This document shows positions 1-7,886 of a DNA stretch of 64,000 nt, piece by piece. The position numbers and the translations under genes were made by a program. This stretch comes from an uncultured Actinomycetota bacterium (GTDB lineage: Bacteria; Actinomycetota; Actinomycetes; Mycobacteriales; Mycobacteriaceae). The stretch is taken from contig CAVRRV010000020.1 in the NCBI GenBank assembly GCA_963723615.1, positions 8,884 through 72,883 of the forward strand, read 5' to 3'. Each line of letters begins with the position of its first letter. Within the stretch, counting starts at the first letter, position 1. The notes under the pieces are model-generated. The model saw only the letters and a list, made by a program, of their open reading frames with translations, did not search any database and had not been told where the DNA came from.

Positions 1-2
1 AA

Positions 3-143
3 GCTGCTCGCACGCTGAGCAGGAAAGATCCCCGCATCAAAGAAGACGACAGCGTCCGCGCGCCGTTGCAGATGCTCACCAATGCGCTGAACCTCTGGGA
101 AACAAGGCGCTTCGGTGATCTTCTCGATGCGGCGCTCGCTTGA
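3..143 (+). CDS. 3' end of an unidentified CDS running in from the left edge
   Basis: Open frame from base 3 to TGA at 141-143 reads AARTLSRKDPRIKEDDSVRAPLQMLTNALNLWETRRFGDLLDAALA*, which looks protein-like; family not recognised. Confidence 0.35.
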   Translation, partial: AARTLSRKDPRIKEDDSVRAPLQMLTNALNLWETRRFGDLLDAALA

Positions 144-647
144 GCATGTCTGCTACCGGCAGAACCGGCTGGCGCTCAGCACCTCGTACCCGTCATCGCG
201 GAATGACGATCCCGGTGCATCGCCGATACCCCAAAAAGGCGTATGTCGAATTGCACAAAATCGCCTCCTTGGCAACAATTTGGCCCACTAATTTTCTTTG
301 TCGAGCCCCCCAAAACATTCACACCCGCACGCCCGCACACGGATCCGAACGACCAACTCGCCGTCACATCGCTTACGCGGCATGCAGTTCGGTGCGACCG
401 AAGGCCGAGGGCGACTTAACTGCCTTCTTATTGGACTGATGTCGATATTCTCGCGTTGGTGGCTACCCGAATTGCCGATTTGGTAGCCCGTCATATCGAA
501 CCTCGGCGTCGCGCATCGCTGGCGTATATACTTGCGCTTCGCTACTGCTGCGCCCTCACATCGATACCGGATTAGACAAAAGCTCAATACTCCCAGGCCA
601 GAGACCCGACGCGGCACGCCGAGCTACGCAGGACAACGGAGGAGAAC

Positions 648-2684
648 TTGGCGCGCAACCTGGTCACCATCGTTGCCACTCGGTTGATGGAGACGACCGC
701 CTCGACCGTTGCCGACGTGAATGAACAGGTCCTGGCCGAACTCGTCAAGCATCTCGATATCGATGTTGCCTTTTTGCGCCACAACGACCACAAGATCAGG
801 GTTTCGAGGTTGGTCGCGACATGGCCACCGCGACGCGACAGTTCAGTCCCGGACTCCATGGCCATCACCCACTTCAGCAGCGCCGACCCGATTCTGGCGT
901 TGTGCGAGCACGGAAAGAAATTGGTGGTGATTCGGCCGGAGCAGAGCGATCCGACCTACGCACGCTGGGTTGCCGCTGCCCACGACCGCTGGGGCGTCGA
1001 CGTCTCCAAGATCACGTCACCGTCGGCGGCCGCGGCTCCATTGATCTCGGGGGGAGTGACCACCGGTCAGCTCACCTGCATGAAGTTTCGTCGGAAGAAG
1101 TGGCGGACCGACGAGCTCAACACGATCCAGACCGTCGCATCCCTGCTTGCGCAACTTCAGGCCCGGATCACTGCCGAAGAGAAGCTTCGCGACCTCGCCG
1201 AGCACGACGACCTGACGGGCCTGCACAACCGCCGCGCGCTGATCGCGCACCTTTCCGAAAGACTCGCTGCGGGACGGCCCGGTCCCGTCCCGGTGCTGTA
1301 CCTGGACCTGGACCGACTGAAGTCGATCAACGATTACCTCGGCCATACCGCCGGCGACTGGTTCATCCGGACATTCGCCGAACAGCTGCGGCTGAAAGCC
1401 GGCGCTGGAAGCATGACCGCTCGGCTGGGCGGCGACGAGTTCGTCGTGGTTCCTGACCGGCCGATGTCGATCGAAACCGCGGAGAAGACTGCCGACGAGC
1501 TTTGCGTGGCACTGCGCGATCGGATGGCGCTGGGTGGCCATATGATCACCCGCACTGTCAGCGTTGGCGTCGCCGTGGGCGTGCCGGGACGCGACACCAC
1601 CAGCGATCTGCTGCATCGCGCCGATGAGGCCGTTCTGACCGCCAAGCGTGCCGGCGGCAACCACGTGGCGGTCTCCAACGATGACATGTCGCTGCAGCGT
1701 CTCTTCCGCAACGACATCGAACTCCACCTCAGCGGCGAAATCGACAGCGAAGCGCTGCTGCTGCACTATCTGCCCGAGGTCGACCTGTGGACCGGTGCGA
1801 TCGTGGCGACCGAAGCGCTCGTCCGGTGGCGGCACCCGACCTGGGGCTTGCTGTTGCCGGAGTCGTTCATCGGCGTGGCCGAATCCGCCAACCTCGGCGG
1901 GGACTTGGGCCGATGGGTGATGCGAAGCGCGATTGCGGAGTTCAGCCGGTGGCGTTCCAATGGCGTCGGGCAAAACGCCACATTGCGCATCAACGTGTCG
2001 CCCTCCCAATTGGTCACCCGAGGTTTTGTCAGCAGCGTGGCCGAAACGATCGACGAGTTCGGCATCGATGGCGGCTCGGTGTGCCTGGAGATCACCGAGC
2101 GCGCGGTGGTTCGCGACATCGACACCACCCGCAAAACACTCGAGGAGCTGAAAGAGGTCGGAGTCCAGATCGCCATCGACGACTTCGGCACGGGTTACGC
2201 CGTTCTGTCGCACCTGAAGTCGCTGCCGGTCGATACCCTCAAAATCGACACGTCTTTCGTTCGCGATCTCGGCACAAGCAGCCGTGATCTGGCGATCGTC
2301 CGGGCGATCATCGGCCTTGCCGAGGCTTTCGACCTGCAGCTGGTGGCCGAGGGTGTGGAGACCCCGGCCGCAGCGTTGACTTTGATGCGACACGGATGTC
2401 ATCGAGCGCAGGGCTACTTGTTGTCGCGCCCGCTGCCGGGCAATGCCATGGAGTCACTGCTCGTCCTCGCGCTGGATGCCCATGCCGTTCCTGGCAGACA
2501 GCCAGGCGCTCACCTCAAGCACGATCTAACACAGCAAAGATGGCTCGCAGCTTCAGGATTCGACGATGAGCGAGTTGAGCGACAAGCGCTCGGATACGAC
2601 CCGAGAGCAGATCTTGCGAGCCGCCTCACACCAGTTCGCCCAGCGCCCGTACTACGCCGTCGGCCTCGACGACATTCTGGCTGA
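648..2684 (+). CDS. GAF-like/GGDEF/EAL diguanylate cyclase-phosphodiesterase (probable true stop at 2529 after a 1-bp frameshift near 2462)
   Basis: RLGGDEF, EALVR and DDFGTG motifs; TTG start preceded by GGAGGAG; the C-terminal extension overlaps the next gene by 119 bp. Confidence 0.93.
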   Translation: MARNLVTIVATRLMETTASTVADVNEQVLAELVKHLDIDVAFLRHNDHKIRVSRLVATWPPRRDSSVPDSMAITHFSSADPILALCEHGKKLVVIRPEQSDPTYARWVAAAHDRWGVDVSKITSPSAAAAPLISGGVTTGQLTCMKFRRKKWRTDELNTIQTVASLLAQLQARITAEEKLRDLAEHDDLTGLHNRRALIAHLSERLAAGRPGPVPVLYLDLDRLKSINDYLGHTAGDWFIRTFAEQLRLKAGAGSMTARLGGDEFVVVPDRPMSIETAEKTADELCVALRDRMALGGHMITRTVSVGVAVGVPGRDTTSDLLHRADEAVLTAKRAGGNHVAVSNDDMSLQRLFRNDIELHLSGEIDSEALLLHYLPEVDLWTGAIVATEALVRWRHPTWGLLLPESFIGVAESANLGGDLGRWVMRSAIAEFSRWRSNGVGQNATLRINVSPSQLVTRGFVSSVAETIDEFGIDGGSVCLEITERAVVRDIDTTRKTLEELKEVGVQIAIDDFGTGYAVLSHLKSLPVDTLKIDTSFVRDLGTSSRDLAIVRAIIGLAEAFDLQLVAEGVETPAAALTLMRHGCHRAQGYLLSRPLPGNAMESLLVLALDAHAVPGRQPGAHLKHDLTQQRWLAASGFDDERVERQALGYDPRADLASRLTPVRPAPVLRRRPRRHSG

Positions 2685-3249
2685 AGCGCAATTGACCAAG
2701 GGCGCGATGTATTTCCATTTCCGGTCGAAGCACGCGCTGGCGTTGGCGATCGTCGACGAGCAGATCCTCAGGTCCGCCAACGCGGTCCAGGACCTGCTCG
2801 CCCGGAAGCTGTCCGCGCTGGAAACTCTCATCGACGTCTCCTACCTGGTAGCTATTGACGACAGCACCCAAGACGTCACCAGAGCAGCCTTCAACCTGCT
2901 CGAGTCGGTCGGCCGGACCGAGAAGCTCCAGGCGCGGTTGTTACACGGCTGGATCGAACTAATCGGGGAGATCGCCGAACGAGGAATCCGCGAGGGCGAC
3001 ATCGTCCAACAAGGAGACCCAGAAGACATCGGACGCCTGCTGGTATCCATTTACATGGGGTTGCGTCAGGCCAGCAATCTGGACGAACCGGTGGTGCTGC
3101 TGGGTGACTTCGAAAAGGCATGGTCGACCGTGCTACGCGGGATCGTGCAGCCCGACCGCATCGCCTACTTCACCCAATTCGTCAAGCGACGCACGGCTCT
3201 GGCGATCAAGGCCGTCTCCCCGCCCGAAGGTGCCAAACCCGGAGGCTAG
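2566..3249 (+). CDS. TetR-family regulator, ScbR/ArpA-like
   Basis: N-terminal HTH TREQILRAASHQF...LTKGAMYFHFRSKHALALAI. Confidence 0.9.
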   Translation: MSELSDKRSDTTREQILRAASHQFAQRPYYAVGLDDILAEAQLTKGAMYFHFRSKHALALAIVDEQILRSANAVQDLLARKLSALETLIDVSYLVAIDDSTQDVTRAAFNLLESVGRTEKLQARLLHGWIELIGEIAERGIREGDIVQQGDPEDIGRLLVSIYMGLRQASNLDEPVVLLGDFEKAWSTVLRGIVQPDRIAYFTQFVKRRTALAIKAVSPPEGAKPGG

Positions 3250-3686
3250 CGCTCGTCAAGCCACAGCTGCTCGGTCAAATCCTGGAACGTCGCGAGCGCA
3301 ATGTCGTCATCGGCACGGATCAGCGCCGACCTGCTCATCAGTGCGCGCACACTCGAGCCGTCCTGGTGGGCCAATTCGACGACCATGTTGGCCAAGGCCT
3401 GGACGACGGAGACCGCGGATTCTCTGGTCGGCGGGAGATGGAAGATCTCTTCGAACTTCAGCGACAGCACTTCCACGGGCGCGCGGCCGACCATTTCCGA
3501 GAAAGCTGAATTCGCGAACACCACCGCGCCGTCTTGCGCGATAGCGAGCACGGGAACCGGGATCCGCTCCAGCACGACCAGGGCGGGCAGCTGTTTCAGG
3601 GTATCCATCGGTGTTTGGCCCGTATGGCCGTTACGTCGTCGTTCCACGACCTGATTATGGTTCATGCGAACCACTGATAAGTGCAC
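3246..3686 (-). CDS. Stand-alone PAS-domain protein
   Basis: VLERIPVPVLAI...VVFANSAFSEMVG and C-terminal ATFQDLTE are PAS/PAC hallmarks; start position uncertain. Confidence 0.8.
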   Translation of the reverse strand: MHLSVVRMNHNQVVERRRNGHTGQTPMDTLKQLPALVVLERIPVPVLAIAQDGAVVFANSAFSEMVGRAPVEVLSLKFEEIFHLPPTRESAVSVVQALANMVVELAHQDGSSVRALMSRSALIRADDDIALATFQDLTEQLWLDER

Positions 3687-3998
3687 TCGTTCTTAACAGC
3701 TCCAAAATTTGAAATTTCTGTGAAAGCTTGGCGGTCGATTCCTATCGGCCATATCGGCGCCGCTTCATCGCGGCGGCTACTCAAGCCGGCTCGGAAGGAA
3801 TACGAAGTATTCATGTAAAAAATCCTCAGGCAAGAGGGTCTACGGCACCGCAGAGTGGCATCATCTGAGAGTCGTCAGCCCGGCCTAGGGTGCTCCGCGG
3901 GCGCGATAACGACCGGCGGCCTGCGGAAATTGCCACGGATGCAACCGCAGCAGCAGAGGGAGAGCGCACGGTATGGACGTGAAACGCGAGGTCTCGGC

Positions 3999-4940
3999 AT
4001 GACCACATCTGAAGCGCTGCGTCAGTCAAGGATTGCACTCACCCACGGGTCTGGTGCGATCCCCGTCGTCGGATTCGGCACCCTGATTCCGGATCTTGTC
4101 GCGACCAAGCAGGCCACGAAGACTGCGCTGGAAGTGGGTTTTCGACATCTCGATTGCGCGGAACGGTACGGCAATGAACAAGAGGTGGGTGATGCGCTGC
4201 GCGAAGCGTGCGAGGCGGGGACCGTTGCGCGGGAGGACGTGTTCGTCACCACGAAGCTGTGGAACACCAATCACCGTCCCGAGCGGGTCAGGCCCGCGTT
4301 CGATGCGAGTTGCCGCCGACTGCAAGTCGACTACGTCGATTGCTATTTGATCCATACGCCCTATGCGTTTGCGCCGGGAGACGACCAGGATCCCCGAGAC
4401 GAGCACGGTCGCGTGATCTACGACGAAGGGGTCACGTTGGCTCAGACGTGGCAGGCGCTGGAGAGCCTCGTCGACGACGGACCCTGCAGATCGATCGGTA
4501 TATCGGATATCTCGTTGGACCAGCTACGCGAGATAGTCGCGGTGGCGCGGATCAAGCCGGCGGTGGTGCAGGTCGAATCGCATCCGTACTTACCGGAATG
4601 GGAACTGCTTGACTTCTGCCAGGAGCACGGGATTGTGCTGCTGGCGTTCGCAGCGTTGGGGCACTCGATGCAACCAAACGTTTTAGAAGACCCGGTGATT
4701 ACGGCTATCGCTGAGCGCGTGCACATCTCGCCGGCTCAAGTTGTTCTCTCCTGGGCGGCGCAGCGCGGCAGTGCTTTCCTGACCACCTCGACCAAACCGC
4801 AACGCATTCAGGAAAACTATGAGATTTCGGCTCTTCCCGCAGATGCTATGCGCGACATTCGGGACCGTATCACCACGAACATCAGATTCAACGCGGTGGT
4901 GGAATCCGGCGTGCCAGGATTCATCCCCCGGCCCAAGTGA
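3999..4940 (+). CDS. Aldo/keto reductase
   Basis: Catalytic tetrad contexts LDCA, ERYGNE, TTKLWN, LIHTP; GFGT at the N-terminus; ATG at 3999 chosen over the ORF-track start at 3855. Confidence 0.92.
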   Translation: MTTSEALRQSRIALTHGSGAIPVVGFGTLIPDLVATKQATKTALEVGFRHLDCAERYGNEQEVGDALREACEAGTVAREDVFVTTKLWNTNHRPERVRPAFDASCRRLQVDYVDCYLIHTPYAFAPGDDQDPRDEHGRVIYDEGVTLAQTWQALESLVDDGPCRSIGISDISLDQLREIVAVARIKPAVVQVESHPYLPEWELLDFCQEHGIVLLAFAALGHSMQPNVLEDPVITAIAERVHISPAQVVLSWAAQRGSAFLTTSTKPQRIQENYEISALPADAMRDIRDRITTNIRFNAVVESGVPGFIPRPK

Positions 4941-4964
4941 ACTGAACTAGCGGAGGCAACGCTG

Positions 4965-5708
4965 ATGGATCGTGTTGCGGTGATTACCGGTGCCAGTCGA
5001 GGCATCGGTGCGGCGACTGCTTTAGTCCTCGCGCAGCAGGGATTTCGGGTGGTGGTCAACTACCGGTCCAGCGCCGGGGAAGCAGACGAGGTGGTCGGGG
5101 CCGCGACCGCGGCCGGTGGAGAGGCGGTGGCGATTCGGGCCGACGTCACCGAAGCCGACGATGTCGCGGCGATGTTCGAGGAAACCGAACGGCGTTGGGG
5201 CCGAGTCGATGTGCTCGTGCACAACGCGTTGATCCCCTACGATGTCACCTCGTTTGCCGATCTGAGTTGGGAGCAGCTGGGCGGCAAGCTGGACCGCGAG
5301 CTGCATGCCGCGTTCCTGGTGACCAAAGCTGTTGTGCCGGGGATGATTTCCCGCAACTTTGGCCGGCTGGTCTATATGACAACGATATTGTCGCGTCGGC
5401 CCCGCCAAGGCATGATCAACCTGGGTACGGCCAAAGCGGCAATGGACCAGTTCGTCCGCTATGTCGCTCTGGAAGTGGCCCCGCACGGCATCACCGCCAA
5501 CCTCGTTTCGCCGGCGACGGTGGGCGACACCACGGCCAACAAGCTGTTGGCGTCCGACGACCTGCGCCACCTCGGCGCCACCAACCCGATGGGGCGCCTG
5601 GTCACACCCGACGAGGTGGCCCACACGATCGCGTTTGTGGCCAGTGAGGATTCCGGTTTCATCACCGGCCATTGCGTGGAGGTCAACGGCGGCCTGGCGA
5701 TGGACTGA
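4965..5708 (+). CDS. SDR-family oxidoreductase (atypical active site)
   Basis: TGASRGIG Rossmann motif; LGTAK replaces YxxxK; C-terminal FITGHCVEVNGG. Confidence 0.88.
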   Translation: MDRVAVITGASRGIGAATALVLAQQGFRVVVNYRSSAGEADEVVGAATAAGGEAVAIRADVTEADDVAAMFEETERRWGRVDVLVHNALIPYDVTSFADLSWEQLGGKLDRELHAAFLVTKAVVPGMISRNFGRLVYMTTILSRRPRQGMINLGTAKAAMDQFVRYVALEVAPHGITANLVSPATVGDTTANKLLASDDLRHLGATNPMGRLVTPDEVAHTIAFVASEDSGFITGHCVEVNGGLAMD

Positions 5709-5751
5709 AACAGGTTCCGCCGCTAGAGAAGATCGGAAAGGAGTGTTGGCC

Positions 5752-6636
5752 GTGGAGACGATCGATCTCGCCTACGTCGGGCGGGGTATCCACGAGGAAC
5801 TGGTCGCCCACGTCGCCGACCAAGAGGGCTACTTCGAAGATGAAGGCGTCCATGTGGCCGTCCGCGACGGGGTCAGCTGGCCAGCGGAGCGGCTGCGCCG
5901 CGGCGCGGTGATCGGTCTGGGCAGGACCCTGGTGTCGCGGCTGACCGACGGGATCGAGTGGACCGCGCTCAGCTTCAGCACCGATCATCCGCTGTTCTGG
6001 TTTCTTGGCAACGCCGAAGTGAAGTCCATGGCCGATCTTCGCGGGCGGCGCCTGGCCGTCCACGGCCCCTCCAACCCTCCCGGCACTTTCGCCCGCATCG
6101 TCCTGCGCAAGCACGGCCTGGACCCCGACCGCGACCTGAAATGCGTGGTGCGTCACCCCGGTGACTACCAGATGGACATACGACACCTCCGCGACGGCTC
6201 GATCGACGCCGCCTACGTCGGCAGCACCCTTTCACCCGAACAGGTCGCCGACGAAGAAGGGTTTCACGTGCTGGCCTGGATCGGTGATCACTTCCAGATC
6301 CCCACCGTGGGCATCGTCGTGGACCCCACCCATATCCCGCTGGACAGCCCCGCCGTGGGTGCCCTGGTGCGCGCCAACGAGCGCGCTCTGCATTTCCTCA
6401 TCGAAAACCCAAGCAAGGCAGTCGATTACGTCGCGTGGTTCCTGGACCGCCTCACCCATGAGGAAGCCCAACTATACTATGACCGCTATGTCGGGCCGTA
6501 CTTCGTCCCCGGCCGCAAGGCCGACCTCAATGTGACGCAGCAAGCAATCGACGCCGTCGCCGGTGAACTCGGTGTCGCGCCGGTAGCCGCGGACACGATG
6601 TATGGGCTCGCAGGCCGGCAGGCCGAAGACAACTGA
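5752..6636 (+). CDS. NMT1/THI5/SsuA-like substrate-binding-fold protein
   Basis: GYFEDEGVHV, VKSMADLRGRRLAV, LRDGSIDAA motifs; AAGGAG RBS before GTG 5752; no signal peptide visible. Confidence 0.75.
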   Translation: METIDLAYVGRGIHEELVAHVADQEGYFEDEGVHVAVRDGVSWPAERLRRGAVIGLGRTLVSRLTDGIEWTALSFSTDHPLFWFLGNAEVKSMADLRGRRLAVHGPSNPPGTFARIVLRKHGLDPDRDLKCVVRHPGDYQMDIRHLRDGSIDAAYVGSTLSPEQVADEEGFHVLAWIGDHFQIPTVGIVVDPTHIPLDSPAVGALVRANERALHFLIENPSKAVDYVAWFLDRLTHEEAQLYYDRYVGPYFVPGRKADLNVTQQAIDAVAGELGVAPVAADTMYGLAGRQAEDN

Positions 6637-6677
6637 TAACGCAAAACCCACGGCACTAGGCGAAAGACTCTTCCATC

Positions 6678-7076
6678 ATGAGCACACCCTCGGACGGCCG
6701 CACCCGCCTCGCCTACATTCTCGGCGTACCCCTTGCCCCAGACTGCCAACGCCAATGGCCCCAAATGGGAGAGGTCGTGCGTGGCGCCGAGCTGATCGCA
6801 CAGGTCGAAGGCAACTTCCCGGAACTCACCCTAGAAGTCGGTCGACGCCTGAAACTCGATGACATCGTCGTCGCCGAGTGGACTTGCAACTATGGCGACG
6901 GACGCCTCTACCGCAACGTCAGCATCGCCGAACTCCACAACGGTCAGGCCGTCAAAGTCACCGATTATTGGGGCGAACCCACCACCACACCGCAATGGCG
7001 CCTCCCGCTGACCGATCGCCTCGACATGCCCGCCGATGGAATCTGGAAAGACACCCAACACCTCGGTCACTACTAG
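6678..7076 (+). CDS. NTF2/SnoaL-like protein
   Basis: QRQWPQMGEVVRG...VVAEWTCNYGDG...VKVTDYWGEP pattern. Confidence 0.7.
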   Translation: MSTPSDGRTRLAYILGVPLAPDCQRQWPQMGEVVRGAELIAQVEGNFPELTLEVGRRLKLDDIVVAEWTCNYGDGRLYRNVSIAELHNGQAVKVTDYWGEPTTTPQWRLPLTDRLDMPADGIWKDTQHLGHY

Positions 7077-7106
7077 CGCGCCTGGGCAGCCCAGATTCGT
7101 CTCCGA

Positions 7107-7874
7107 TCACCAGGTCTGCTCGGCGGCGCGGATGAGGATGTCGTTGACGGCGACGCGCCTATCGCGGGTGACCATGTACGTCACTGCGTCGGCGATGTCT
7201 TCGGGGCGCAACTTCACCATGCCGGAGGTCTGGCGGTCGAACGCTTCGCGGAACTCGGGTCGCAATCCGTCGCTTATCTCGGTGTCGACCGTGCCGGGCG
7301 CGACGATGCCGACCCGAACTCGCTTGCCCAGCAACTCTTGTCGCAGACCCTCGCTAAACGCGTTGACTCCGAACTTCGTCAACGAGTAGACGGCGGTGCC
7401 CGGTCGCGCCACCCGACCCGCCGTCGAACTGACCGTCACCACATCCGCGACGCCGCGCGCCGAGTCGGCGGCCGCCTCGATGAGGTGCGGCAGTGCGGCG
7501 CGCGTGGCGTATAGCACCCCAAAGACGTTGACCGACACCAGGTCGTCCCACTCCGCCAGGGGTGCCTCGGCGACCTGGCCCATGCGCATCAGCCCCGCGT
7601 TGTTGACCAGAACGTCGAGTCTGCCGAGCGTGCTGACTGCACGGCCGATCGCAGCACCGACGGATTCGGGATCGGTGACGTCCGCGGGTACCGCAAGAAC
7701 GCGACCGCCGTCGGCCTTGATTCTCGCGGCGACCTCGTCGAGGCGGTCGACTCGACGGGCGAGCAGTGCCACTGCCGCCCCGTGCCGTGCTAGGGCGACG
7801 GCGGTGGCGGCACCGATGCCGCTGCTGGCACCTGTCACCACGGCGACGGTTTCGGTGAGTGCCTCGGTGGACAA
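7107..7874 (-). CDS. SDR-family oxidoreductase
   Basis: TGASSGIG, NNAG, YSLTK catalytic motif. Confidence 0.93.
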   Translation of the reverse strand: MSTEALTETVAVVTGASSGIGAATAVALARHGAAVALLARRVDRLDEVAARIKADGGRVLAVPADVTDPESVGAAIGRAVSTLGRLDVLVNNAGLMRMGQVAEAPLAEWDDLVSVNVFGVLYATRAALPHLIEAAADSARGVADVVTVSSTAGRVARPGTAVYSLTKFGVNAFSEGLRQELLGKRVRVGIVAPGTVDTEISDGLRPEFREAFDRQTSGMVKLRPEDIADAVTYMVTRDRRVAVNDILIRAAEQTW

Positions 7875-7886
7875 TGTCCGTCCTCT

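Noticed and set aside
140-647. Short ORFs upstream of the GGDEF-EAL gene
   Set aside because: Overlapping, no motifs, atypical composition; most likely a regulatory intergenic region.
3798-3812. GAATAC-GAA-GTATTC palindrome upstream of the PAS gene and AKR
   Set aside because: Only 6-bp arms and a single copy; could be chance, so not assigned as an operator.
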